Positions 35,545 through 48,364 of a DNA stretch of 64,000 nt are shown here, one piece after another. The notes under the pieces were generated by a model, which worked only from the letters and a program-made list of their open reading frames with translations, was not told the origin of the DNA and did no database searches. A program made the position numbers and the translations under genes. Within the stretch, counting starts at the first letter, position 1. Every line of letters starts with the position of its first letter. The stretch covers positions 2,356,001-2,420,000 of the forward strand of contig CM074804.1 in the NCBI GenBank assembly GCA_037447605.1. Direction: 5' to 3'. The DNA comes from Zygnema circumcarinatum SAG 698-1b. Lineage: Eukaryota > Plantae > Zygnematophyceae.

Positions 35545-38500
35545 TGTAGCGTAACGGAGCTGCGTTCGACGGATCTGCGCCCGTTCAGTTGTACTTGACA
35601 TGTTCATATTCAGTGTCACGGACCGGCCTGATCCAGGAATTGCCGACGGAAAATGCGAGACGGCGGCGCCATTTGTTGGCGGCCCACGGGACATCACACC
35701 ATCCAGCTAGGCGCACTCGGAAGCGCCGCAAGATGCCGCCGATTGTCATCAGTTGACCTATCCGAAGGCTCCACGCAGTCAGTCAGGCCACTCAGTGGGC
35801 AGTTGGCCAATCAGGGACTGTCACTACTAAGGCTCAAGATCTATTGTCAGTGTTAGGTAGATGGGATGTCAGTGATGCTTGTTTGTCTTTTAACGCTGGG
35901 CTTAGTATTTGTATTTGCTGTGTGGTTTGTTGTCTTGTTCTTCTCTTCTTCCTCTTCAGTTCCAGCAACAGATGCTAAGTGTGAGAGAGAGAGAGAGTTC
36001 CATGCCATAGATAGAGAGAGAGAGAGAGAGTAAGAGTCTTCTTGCTGATAGCATTTAGACGTCCCATTCAGCCCAGCTAGACAAAGATTTCAGTGAGAAG
36101 ATCCTTTCATTGTAATGACTATCCCCAGCCAACTACTGGCTGGGGTGACCTTCAAAAATACAACCTTTATCTAAATTGAGTCTGTTTTTCCCTTTCTTTG
36201 TCACTATGCCAAGCTACCATCTTGTTCTATCACACCCTTGCATCCCTCCCAATGACCAATGATAACTAGAAGCCTAGCTAGAGACTAGCGAGGAGGGCGA
36301 GGGAAGGGAAAAACCCACAAAGGGAAGGGCTCTTTAGCATCCCGAGATCAAAGCGCGGTGGGAACACCTCTTCCAGGATCGTCTTCGGCTAGCGGCATTA
36401 CCTGCAGATCTCGGGATCCTGGCTCTATCTTAGCGAGGCGGCGTTACGGAGACCAACACAACCCTTCGCCGGTTTTCGGCCGCGGGCCTTGAGTGGCCGT
36501 ACGGCTACAACTAGCTCCAGCCGGTGTAAGCATGCCGGAGCGTTGGCCGGATCAGCCTCGATTCGGTTGTACTTGACATGTTCATATTCAGTGTCACGGA
36601 CCGGCCTGATCCAGGAATTGCCGACGGAAAATGCGAGACGGCGGCGCCATTTGTTGGCGGCCCACGGGACAGCACACCATCCAGCTAGGCGCACTCGGAA
36701 GCGCCGCAAGATGCCGCCGATTGTCATCAGTTGACCTATCCGAAGGCTCCACGTAGTCAGTCAGGCCACTCAGTGGGCAGTTGGCCAATCAGGGACTGTC
36801 ACTACTAAGGCTCAAGATCTATTGTCAGTGTTAGGTAGATAGGATGTCGGTGATGCTTGTTTGTCTTTTTAGTCTTTGGGCTTAGTATTTGTATTTCTTT
36901 GTGTGGTTTGTTGTCTTGTTCTTCTTTCTTCTTTTCCTTCCTCTTCAGTTACAGCAACGGATGCTAAGTAAGAGAGAGAGAGAGAGAGAGAGTTCCATGC
37001 CATAGATAGAGAGAGAGAGAGAGAAAGAGTCTTCTTGCTGATAGCATTTAGACGTCCCATTCAGCCCAGCTAGACAAAGATTTCAGTGAGAAGACAATTT
37101 CATTGTAATGACATTCCCGATAGCCCATTTGGGGTGAGTTTCAAAAATATACCTTTATCTAAGTTGTTACGTTTTTCCCTCTGTTGTCAATACTTAAGCC
37201 CTATCTTGCTCTATCTGCCTTGCATTGCTCCGATGACCAATATGATGTAGAAGCCTAGCTAAGAGACTAAGCCCAGGAGAGGGCGGGGAGGAGGGTCCCC
37301 GAGGAAGGGCTCTTTCGCGGCATCAAGTCCGGCAGCCGGTGGGAACGTCTTGAGAATCCCTCACGTCTTCATTTGCGCGGCCTCACGAATCCCGGATCCT
37401 GGCTCTATGCTGCGGCCAGACCCACAGCACCACAACCCTGTCCAGTTCAGCCTGAACACCAGTAGCCATACAATAACTAGCTGTGATCTTTGTTTAGCCC
37501 CACTTATCTTGGTATTAGAGCTGAAGGTTTGGCAGATCCACGTACCTTGATACGTGAGGCTGCCGATCCTGTGACCCGTGTCACAGCCGCCATGGATGAA
37601 GAGCTGCAGCAAGAGGGACAAGCAGAGCTTCATGAGTATGCAGAGGAAGACTTGGCACCTCAAGAAGAAGAAGAACAGGCGATCGGAAATCCAAGGACGG
37701 ATTCAGACTCAGAGGAAGAAGCAGTCAGAGAGAGACTGAAGATGGGCATCACCGAAGAGAACCACTTATCCCAGTCTGGCTTGCGCCAGGCAAAGTTAGT
37801 GGAATTGTGAAGAACGCGACTCCGTCTTTCGGCGTGATGGCACAAACTTCGGCCCGTCGCGGGATGAGTCAAAGCACAGAGTACACCCGGTCAGTGTCAC
37901 GGCCGCCGATGCCGTGAAGAGAGGAGTGCCGTTGAACACGAGGGTCTACTTGGCGGTATTACGAGGCGGGGAACCAGGATACCGGTCGGATAACTCTTTG
38001 CGCGAGGAGTCCTTCAAACGCTACTTGACGCGGTCTACCGGCGAGCGAGGAATCATCGAAGACACCCTCACCTCCGGCTTTCGGCTTACCCATCCAGAAG
38101 CGACCCGGGCGAGCGGCGAGGCAAGGCGGGGCGATCGCGGCGGACCTCGACTTCGAACCAACTGCTTGAGAGAAGCACGAGTGGATCTGAGTTCCCGGCA
38201 AGATGGAAGAGATGATGACAAAGCCCCGGTAGCCTTGATTCACGAAAGAGTGAGGTGAGGGATACCACGGGCATCATCACTAGAGGCTTCACCGGCAAGC
38301 AGGAAGATGCAGAGTCTTGGCTGAGACACCTAGAGGAGAAGGCAGCGCAAGCAGACCTGAAGGAGGACCAGTGGATCAAGCTTGCCCTTGGGCGGCCCAG
38401 GCGAAGCGATCAATGTTTGTCGGCTGGCTTTCGCGGTGTCGTCGCCACCACGACAAGGGAGACACATTCAAACAGCTTTTCGGACAACGTTGGATTTCAG

Positions 38501-40982
38501 ATCCGATCAGCGTGCTAGACGACTTATTTACATAGAATCTTTACGGTGATGGTAATTTCATTTGCGAATTCAGCGGCGCTTTATTGCGCATGGCAAATAC
38601 GATAGAGCTTGCACGACTTTTCAGAAGTGCTCGGTGGTTCATAAGGCCATGTGAGAAGGATCTCCACGGATGGTGGTACGCGAGACAACCCACGTGAGAT
38701 GCCGGGCATTGTTGAAGCGAGGGCAGAGCGAATTGAAGGATCAAGAGAGAGGCAACCGACATGGCACGACCCGCATTACATGAGCGCTTCTGGATCCGCG
38801 ACAAGATGCGGCTCTACCCGGTGATTCACGAACCGCAGAATCAGCGGTTGTTAGATCCACTGCGCTTCACATCTGCACCGGAACAAGCCTTCGCTTCTCC
38901 GTCGTCAGCGCTCGAGGCGTCGGGGCGGCCCCTGCAATGGTGCAGCCTCACGGCCATAGCCAGCACAACCAAGCCCCTTCCCCTTTCCCCATACCCTCAT
39001 GATCCGGCCCATCCCATTGAGCCGGCGGTGAATCCTCACATACCAGATGTTTCTCGTCAAGGATATCGGGCTCCTTATTAGGTCGCGCAGAAGAGAGAGA
39101 AGGCGCGGGGTGATCTGGCGTGGATGGCGGGGAGTTGGGAGATGCAGTCTTTACTGCGGCACAGATCATAATCATGTTGCGTTGCGGACCATGGTTCCTG
39201 CACCTTACGTCGGATCCGCGGGACATGATGCGTGTGTGCATCGCGGAGACTCAGTGAAGGCGAAGGGGAAAGAAGCGGTGAAGGGCTCACTGCGAGAGAG
39301 ATCACCTTCATGTGGATAATATCGTTGCTCCGCTGCAAGGCTCGGTCTCCTTTGCCCTCACCTCCTTCACCCACGACTTTACCATCTGCGACGACCACCT
39401 ATCCATGCGCACCCCATGGACTCCCCTCCTGTCAAGCGTATTGGGTCTTGAGCCCATCTGCTGCCGTCCTGCTTGCGAGTTCTTAGCGGCATTTCAACCC
39501 AAACCTTGTCGAATCCCCATCATAAGGCGGATGCTCAAGCGGATCATGCAGAGATTCTGGCCTTGCCCTTCGCTGAGCTCCACTGTCAACGAAGCGATCC
39601 TCATTCTCATCTGCCATTCCTCCTGCCAATGTCAACGGCGCGGTTCACCGGGGCACGGCTCCACGGTCCTTTTGTCATGAACTTAGAGTCATCCCTCACT
39701 CAGGGTCATCCTTGGGATCCCTGCTGAGGAGAAGTGAAGATCTCAATGAAGAGGGCGGCAATGACACGGCGAAACCCGGCGGCACGGCGGCCGAAGAAGA
39801 TACGCCGATCCACCCCGTAAGCCCTCGGGCAACTCGTTTTCTACCCGGCGACCGATCGTCGACCACCCCTGATCGATCGAGCATGGTTCATCAACTCATG
39901 GGAAGTGAGGCTAAGATCATTACCTTGTCGCAGTTGATGCGGCTTATGCCGAGTGCTGCGGCGTAGTTCAGCTAGCCGGCGGTCACGAGAGGCCACCTAG
40001 CGGCCTCCCGTTTTCTATGGCATCTCCTCGGGCGTCCCTCGCCCGGTAGATATCCACCATGTGGCGTGGCCTCCCTCGGACCCGATTCGCTCTCGCCATC
40101 ACTCCTCGCGGTCGGATCCTCCCACTGCGATCCCCACACCCAGCGATGAATCATTGTGATGTATGGCTCCGGTCAGCAAAGCCATGATCGACACGGGGGC
40201 TATGCGCACAGTTCTGTCCAAGCCTGTGATGAAGGCGGCAGGGGTTAAGTTGGACAAGACACTTGAGCCCATCCCCCGATACGTGGGAGTTGAAGGGAGC
40301 TTACATGAAGGATTGGGCAGCGCCCAAGTGGTCATCAGTCTTGGCGAGATGGGAGCCACAGTGAATGCAGTCATCACGGCCGCTGAACACTATTCTATCC
40401 TGCTGGGCTCAGATTGGCTCATCGCGATGGGAGCACAAATCGACTTTGCTACATGTCAACTGCACTTATCTGCTGGCGGGACAGAATGCTCCTTCCCCAT
40501 CATCCTCGAGTCCCTCACCACCTCCGCCTTCCCCAAGCGCCACGCCACGGCGCAGGTCTCCTACCCGGAGATCACCATGTACCATTCGGTCGGCAGCTCC
40601 CATTCTTCTTATGGATCGGCCAATTCTGATACCGATGACGAGACTCCCCCTCCTGCTCCTCCGAGTCCAGCTCTCGGTACGCCGACGGAAGAACTGTTGC
40701 CGCCAGTGATACCTACACCNNNNNNNNNNGCGCATCAAGTCCAGCCGCCGGTGGGAACGTCTTCAGAATCCCTACGTCTTCCGCTGCGCGTACCTCTGAA
40801 TCCCCCGGATCCTGGCTCTATGCTGCAGGCAGACCCACAGCACCACCCCAACCCTACGTCAGTTTCAGCACGGACACGCGAGTGGCCGTACAGCCCCTGC
40901 AGCTAGCTCAGCAGTCTTTGTTTAACCCCACTTATCTTGTGCTACAGCAGTCTCCTTTTAACCCCACTTATCTTGTGCTACA
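35545..40982 (+). mobile_element. Degenerate Ty3/gypsy-like LTR retroelement with two tandem LTR-like units at the 5' end (35545-36524, 36525-37509), gag/protease remnants, and a partial 3' LTR after the gap (40730-40982)
   Basis: Ends TGTAGC...GCTACA with GGGG duplicated (35541-35544, 40983-40986). PBS-like TGGTATTAGAGC at 37510-37521. Gag-like GFTGKQEDAESWLRHLEEKA (~38280) and aspartic protease AMIDTGAMRTVLS (~40180). No RT or integrase is visible, so the superfamily is inferred from the gag and protease style. Confidence 0.78.
40163..40719 (+). pseudogene. Retrotransposon aspartic protease fragment
   Basis: KAMIDTGAMRTVLS (DTG catalytic motif) and ILLGSDWL. Truncated at the N gap. Confidence 0.8.
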
Positions 40983-42339
40983 GGGGTCTACTGTACTGTA
41001 CAGTACTGTACCTTAGAAAATTTATGCTCCGTACAAACCGGGAAAAAAAACCAGATTTGGCTTCGAAGGCGATTTCGCGATCCGATTTTTTCCATCGCCA
41101 AATTAATTTTATTATTATTGCGCCTCTGGCCCTGAGGGCGGCCCATTGGGCCGAGTTGGGGCAACACGTGGCCCGATAGGCCCGCCAATGGCCGCTTGCC
41201 GCGTGGCCCGGGCCATTTGTAGGCGTCGGAAGTCACGTCACGCTCACGGCTGCGGCGCAGGCAAGGCGACGGCGGCCTCTAGTGGAAAGTTTAGACGTAA
41301 GAAAGGCGAGGGGAAGACTTGCCCTTAAACCCTCATCTCGCCGCTGAACCCTCGACTCTCCCTCCTCCCATCACTCCACTCCCTCCCTTAGTTTCTTCTC
41401 CTCTCTCCTTAGTGCCGTCATTCAAGTCTACCTCCTGCCTCTCCCCTCCTTTCTCCTTCATTCTTTCAAGCCTCCCTATCATGTCTAGTAGAGCAAACAG
41501 AACGAAAAGAAAAGGTGCATTACATCATGCTTTGAACACGGCATATCTTTCAACATCCTCCTTGGCGCACGCTCTCAACCTTCTGACTCACCCTCCGCCC
41601 CTTCATCCCAATTCGCCCCCTCCGCCTTCGTACTGCTTCGCTCTCTAACTACACTTTCACACGGTTACACCCAGCCACGATATCCTCTCTCACCGCCTAC
41701 TCCTCCTTACTCCCCCCGTCCTCCCCTCTCCTTCGTCTCCCTCTGTTCCTATGTTTTCAGCCTCCTTCCCTTCACTGAGTTACTTACCCACCCTCTCTCT
41801 AACGCCCCTCTTGACATCTCTCCCCTTTCCTCTCTCATTCTATCTCTCCTTGTTCAACTTCTCCACCTTCTGACCTCTCCCTCATCCCCTGTCCTCTCTC
41901 CCTCGCTCCCTCCCCCCTTCGCTACCATTTTTTTCTCTCTATTCCTCACTAAATATCTAAAAGCAAACACCTTCGTGTTGAAAATTTCTGCTTCGAAATT
42001 AACTTCTTTCTACCTGCCCCTGCTCCACACCCACCTCCGCTCGCCTATCCCTAGCTCTCGCTGTCTTGTGCGATGAAAACATTTCCTCTACCACTCTCCA
42101 CTGTTTCTTATTTCCTCATTTTCGTTCTTTCTTTCTTTTTCCCTTTCCACTGCCCATCTCCCCCCTTCCCTACATCTTTCGTTTCTCTCCTCACTCCGCC
42201 CCCTTCCCTTCTCTCCTGTCATCCCTTCTCCTTCAACTCTCCCACAACCTCTCCTCCGCTACCCTCCTCGCCCCTCTCTCCTAAAATCCATTACCATTTT
42301 TTCTTCCCTGTTCCCTCCCTCCCCTATTTCGCTCTCTCC

Positions 42340-42525
42340 CTCCCTCCGGCCTCAATTCCTGTCTCCCTCCCCGCCCTCCTTCGCTCTCTCCCTCCCCCCG
42401 GCCTTCCTCTCTATCTCCCTCCCCTCTCTGCCTCTCTCCCTCCCCCCAGCCTCCCTCTCTCTCTTCCTCCCCCCGGCTTCCCTCCCTCTCTCCCTCCCCC
42501 CTCCTCCCTCCCTCTCCCTCCCCCC
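42340..42525. repeat. C/T-rich minisatellite (CCCCCGGCTTCCCTCCCTCTCTCCCTCCCCCCAGCCT-like), continuing at 53499-53765 beyond the copia insertion
   Basis: The same units occur on both sides of the copia array. Confidence 0.8.
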
Positions 42526-43286
42526 TGTTAGTGTACATTAGTTAGTGGTACATAGTTAGTGAGTGCATGTGTTTGTTTGGGAGTCTAGAAGGGCTAGGCG
42601 GTAGAGCTAGGGTCGAACTAGTGTCAAGCTAGGAGTTCAGAGGTGTGCATAAAGACACCGGAGGCGCGAGTAACGAGAGGCCGTCGGAACAAGAGTCCGT
42701 ACCGAATGTGAACGGCCGGCTGTGGCGACGGAGTTCGAAATGGCGCGGAGTGATGTGACGTGGCGCGGCGCGCAACTAAGGGCGCGTGACGTGGCGCGGC
42801 GCGCAACTAAAGGCGTGTGACGTGACAGGCGCGAAACGAAGGCGCGTGACGTGACAGACGTGCAGGCGCAGACGCGTGGCGAAATCAGCGCTGAGTGTGT
42901 GCTAGTGCGCTCTTAGTGTGTGCTAGTGCGGGGTTAGTAGTCGCCCATGGTTGTTGCTTTGGGCGAAGTATAAGTTAAGAGGGAGAACTTTGAGACTTAA
43001 CCCTGAGTGTAGACTGCGAGAAGCAGTAGGTGTAGCTTGCCGGAATGTGGTGGAGCCTCACAGCTTGAGGGTGGTAGTCTTGTAGTGGAGTAGAGGTGCA
43101 GGGGAGGGGCTCTTGCTGCACGCTTGTACTTCAATCTGAATTTAAGAGTTTTAGGCCGTTGTGCTTTCTCTTAATTCATTTCTTTCTGTTCTGTCTTTCA
43201 TTCTTTGCTTGGGGCTGTTTTAAGCTTTGTGAGTGAGATCTTGTGCTTCCGCAAAGGTGGCGTCTCCTAGTCCTAGGCGTGGAGAG

Positions 43287-46200
43287 ATGTCCTCATCAGA
43301 GGCATCCTCCAGCAGGTCAGGGGGCACCGTTTCAACAAGTGGTATCAGAGCGCTGGACCGGGCAGAAGGTGAAGACAGTCAGAAGATTGGAGTGCCGTTG
43401 TTTACCGGCACTAACTACAAGACGTGGAAGTGGCGAATGAAGAAAGTGCTGCTGAGCAAGGACCTTTTTGGAGTCGTTGATGGCTCGGAGGAGAGACCAA
43501 CCTCCGGTGCAGAAGCCAAGGAGTGGCTCCGAAAGGACAGGAAAGCTCAGGCCCTCTTTGCCATAACCGTGAGTGATGCACGGTCAGTTCCGTTGCAAGA
43601 ACTAGAAACTAGTGCTGAAATATGGACAAGTTTGCAGCAGGTGTATGATAGGCCGTCTGAGACAACTGCTGTCCACTTATATTCAGAACTAGGCAAGCTG
43701 AAAATGGCCGAAGATGAAGAACTGACTGATTATATGGAGAAGTTCGATAGCTTGATGCACAGGTTTGCTATTGCTAGGAAGCCATTGGACGAAGATCATC
43801 AGATCAGTGTCTTTCTGTTGGGTCTACCGAAGAGATTTGAGCTAACAGTCGTTTCCCTTAAATCATTACTCACCGTTACAAAACTAACCGTGAGCGAGTT
43901 GAAGGGAAGGGTGAAAGATGATGATGAGACTCAGAAGGAGAAGGAGGCTAAGGGAGAAGCTGACAAGGTGCTGGCGCTCAGATGGAGTCAGCATAAGCCC
44001 AAAGGAGATGGGAGACCCAAGGCGGGCAAGGGTGGCCCGGGCCCAAAGAAGAACTTGAGTTGTTACAATTGTGGGAAGCTGGGACACCTGAGGACCAATT
44101 GCACGGAGCCGAAGAAGGACGATGCCAGTGGAGCGGGGCCTTCTAGGCCGGCTGCAAAGGAGAAGGTCAAAGGAGCTTGTTACAAATGTGGGAAGTTTGG
44201 CCACTTCAAGGCAAACTGTCCTGACGGCAATTCTGACAAGAATCTGATGATTGTTGAAGGCGAGTATTCAGAATTTGTCAATGGAATCCACGTGAAGGAT
44301 TCAGGCTTGAGACCTTGGCTGATTGATTCAGGAGCATCCAAGCATATGTGCGTGGATGAGTCACTCTTTGTGGAGAAGAAGGCGTTGCAGCATGCGCGGT
44401 CTGTCTACTCTGCCACTGGAGATGGAGTTCAGGTGACTCAAGGAGGATCGGTCGAGTTGGAGGTACTCAATGGGGGTGTAGGGGCAGTATTGACCGTAGG
44501 GAATGTGCTGCACACTCCAGGACTGCAGAATAATTTCCTTTCTGTGAGTCAGATCTGCGAGGAAGGCTGCAAGGTGTGGTTTGACAAAGTGGCATGCGCA
44601 GTAGTTGACGAGAATACCGGGAAGACCCTTTGTAGAGGCATGCAAAAGAATGGCCTTTACTTTCTAAATTGGGGAGGGAAGCCGGTTGAGGTGGTCAATG
44701 CAGTTGCAGAGGATCCCAAAGTTCAGCTTTGGCACCGCAGACTAGGACACCTTGGATATAGAGGGCTGAAGCGCCTTGCAGATGAGCAGTTAGTCAGAGG
44801 ACTAGACTTGGAGGACGTTAAGGGAGAAGGACACGGAGTTTGCGAGAACTGTGTCGCAGGAAAAGCTCATAGGCGACCGTTTGGACAAGGAGCGGAGGCG
44901 CAAATTTCTCGTGAGAGACTGGAGCTGGTGCACACGGACTTGTGTGGCCCCGTGTCCCCTACGAGTAAAGGTGGGGCAAGATATTTCATCACTTTTCTTG
45001 ATGACTGCTCAAGGAAAGTATGGGTGAAATTACTCACTAAGAAATCGGAAGCCTTTGATGCTTTTAAAGAGTGGCAGCTTCGGGCTGAGAGAGAGACAGG
45101 ATTGAAGTTGAAGACTCTTAGGTCTGACAATGGTGGGGAGTACACCTCTCATCAGTTCAGAGACTACCTGAAGTCCCTGGGAGTGAAGCACGAGTTCACT
45201 GCACCCTATTCTCCTCAGAGCAACGGAGCTGCCGAGAGGATGAACAGGACGCTGGGAGACATGGCGAGAACGATGTTGAGTGAGTCGCCATTCCCGTTAA
45301 CTTTTTGGTCAGAGGCGATCATGACGGCAGCCTATATTCGAAATAGGTGCCCCACATCTGCTTTGAAGGATAGAGTTCCAGAGGAAGTGTGGACGGGCAC
45401 TAAGCCAAACGTGCAGCATCTTAGAGTGTGGGGCTCAAAGTGTTTCATTGCCGTCCCAAAGCAGAAGCAGAATCAGAAGTTCAGTCCTCGTGCAGTGGAA
45501 GGCTATTTTCTTGGCTATAATGAAGATAGTCCGACTTACCGTATTTGGAATCCGGTCACCAAGCAGGTAGAGAGAAGTCGTGACTTGACAATGCAGGAAT
45601 TCCACAAGCATACCGAAAAGTTAGACGTGGAGAAGGACGTGAACACGAGCAGTTTAGTGTTTCCATGGTTCTCAGATGATTCAGGAAGGGCTGAGGAGGT
45701 GGTAGAACCGGATGTTCAGAGTAGCCCACAAATGGAGCAGGTCGCTAGCCCACTAGGGCCTCTACCCGAGGAAGGCCCAGTCGAATGGGATGCACCCGAG
45801 GAGGAAGACTTGCAGGTGCAGCCAGCAGACGAGTCAAGAGAGACTGAGAAACCTTCTTATACAGGGCCGTTGAGGAGGAGTGCTCGACCTACCAAGCAAC
45901 CTGGCTGGTTGGCCGACTTCCACCAACAACCCTCTTGGAAGATGACGAGAAAGAAGAAGGTTAGGACACCTAGTGACTCGGCTGATTTTGCAGGAATAGC
46001 AACCTGCATGATGGCGCACATTTCAGAACCTCAAAGCTATGGAGAAGCTTTGCAAGGTGAGGATTCTGAAAAGTGGAGGGTGGCCATTGATAGTGAGCTA
46101 AGCAGCCTGGAGGAAAATGGAACGTGGAGATTAGAGGAGCTTCCTAAAGGTAGGAAAGCTATAGGCTGCAAATGGGTGTTCAAGGTGAAGCACAAGGCGG

Positions 46201-47587
46201 ATGGGAGCGTGGATCGCTTCAAGGCTAGGCTGGTGGCAAAGGGGTATAGCCAAAAGGAGGGGATAGATTACTCGGAGACCTTTGCACCAGTGGTAAAATT
46301 CAACTCTCTTCGCTCACTCATTTCAATTGCAGCAGCTGAGAAGATGCATGTCCATCAGCTTGATATTAAGACTGCATTTCTCTATGGGGATCTTAGTGAA
46401 GAGATCTATATGGAGCAACCGGAGGGCACGGTAGTAGCAGGCAAGGAGCACCTTGTATGCAGGCTGGTGAAGAGCCTTTACGGGCTCAAGCAGGCACCCC
46501 GGATCTGGTACCAAAAGATCGATGATCTTTTGCGGAGGAGTGGATACAAGCGCTTCCAATCGGACCACTCAGTCTACAGCAAAGGTACCGGGAGAGAGCT
46601 TTTGTATGTGGGCATTTACGTTGATGATCTGATCATTATTAGTTCTTCCATGGAAAGCATTCAGAGTTTGAAGGACTTGATGAAGAAGAACTTTCAGATG
46701 TCAGACTTAGGGGAGGCTCAATACTTATTAGGAATTCAGCTCAAGAGGGGGCCAGATGGCAGTTTGTTCCTTAGTCAAGAGAAGTATGCAAAGGATGTCT
46801 TGGCTAAATTCAGAATGGACAAGTGCACTCCATGCACAAGTCCCATGGATCCTTCCCAGAGGCTTTCAGCGGCAATGTCACCCCAGTCACGTGAAGAAGT
46901 GAAGAGGATGGAGGCGGTTCCATACAGGTCAGCCATCGGAAGCTTAATGTACTTGATGATAGGCACAAGGCCAGACTTGGCTAAGGCAGTTAGCACAGCG
47001 AGCAGGTACATGGAATTTCCAGGGGAGAGGCATTGGGAGGCCGTCAAGAGGATCTTCAAGTTCCTAAGGGGGACTCTTGACTATGGGATCAAGTTTGAAG
47101 CCGGGAATGGAAGTGAGGTGTATGGTTATACGGATGAAGATTGGGGAGGCGACGTAGAAACAGCGAGATCTACCTCTGGCTATGCATTCATGAATAGTGG
47201 GGAGTGGTGACTTGGAGCTCCAAGCTCCAGGATTCAGTGGCGCTCTCAAGTACTGAAGCTGAGTACATGGCAGCGTGCCATGCGGCCAAGGAAGCAGCTT
47301 GGTTGCAGCAGTTCTTTGAAGAGTGTGAGAGGCCTCAAACTCCCTTGCAGCTGTTTACAGATAACCAGTCCTCAATGACTTTGATGCAAAATCCAGTTTT
47401 TCACAAGAGGTCAAAGCACATAAGAATTCAGTATCATTTTGTGCGTGAGCTTGTGGTTGAAGGAAGAATCGCTGTAGCTTATGTTGGCACGAAAGACCAG
47501 GCAGCAGACATGCTCACAAAAGGGGTCAATGGAGAGACGTTGTGGAAAAACAGCATGCTCTTAGGATTGGGGCCTCAAAGGAACTAA
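43287..47587 (+). CDS. Copia gag-pol polyprotein, copy 1 (gag with two CCHC knuckles, protease, integrase, RT, RNase H), with one apparent frameshift at ~47199-47202
   Basis: CYNCGKLGHLRTNC, CYKCGKFGHFKANC, WLIDSGASKHM, LWHRRLGH, LVHTDLCGP, SDNGGEY, NGAAERMNRTL, YVDDLII and TDNQSS, in copia order (IN before RT). Confidence 0.95.
43340..43351 (+). promoter_or_regulatory. Primer-binding site complementary to the 3' end of tRNA-iMet
   Basis: TGGTATCAGAGC two bases after the LTR; repeated at 48418-48429. Confidence 0.9.
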
Positions 47588-48364
47588 GTACCAAGAGGGG
47601 GAGTGTTAGTGTACATTAGTTAGTGGTACATAGTTAGTGAGTGCATGTGTTTGTTTGGGAGTCTAGAAGGGCTAGGCGGTAGAGCTAGGGTCGAACTAGT
47701 GTCAAGCTAGGAGTTCAGAGGTGTGCATAAAGACACCGGAGGCGCGAGTAACGAGAGGCCGTCGGAACAAGAGTCCGTACCGAATGTGAACGGCCGGCTG
47801 TGGCGACGGAGTTCGAAATGGCGCGGAGTGATGTGACGTGGCGCGGCGCGCAACTAAGGGCGCGTGACGTGGCGCGGCGCGCAACTAAAGGCGTGTGACG
47901 TGACAGGCGCGAAACGAAGGCGCGTGACGTGACAGACGTGCAGGCGCAGACGCGTGGCGAAATCAGCGCTGAGTGTGTGCTAGTGCGCTCTTAGTGTGTG
48001 CTAGTGCGGGGTTAGTAGTCGCCCATGGTTGTTGCTTTGGGCGAAGTATAAGTTAAGAGGGAGAACTTTGAGACTTAACCCTGAGTGTAGACTGCGAGAA
48101 GCAGTAGGTGTAGCTTGCCGGAATGTGGTGGAGCCTCACAGCTTGAGGGTGGTAGTCTTGTAGTGGAGTAGAGGTGCAGGGGAGGGGCTCTTGCTGCACG
48201 CTTGTACTTCAATCTGAATTTAAGAGTTTTAGGCCGTTGTGCTTTCTCTTAATTCATTTCTTTCTGTTCTGTCTTTCATTCTTTGCTTGGGGCTGTTTTA
48301 AGCTTTGTGAGTGAGATCTTGTGCTTCCGCAAAGGTGGCGTCTCCTAGTCCTAGGCGTGGAGAG

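Larger units (their letters stand above)
35066..40993. mobile_element. Tc1/mariner-type MITE (~490 bp originally) whose right TIR is split by an LTR retroelement
   Basis: Left TIR CAGTAGACCCCCCCAATATTTTCGCC (35066). The right TIR is reconstituted from GGCGAAAATATTGGGGGGG (35526-35544) plus TCTACTG (40987-40993), followed by TA. Subterminal AATATTTTCG repeats are present. Confidence 0.85.
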
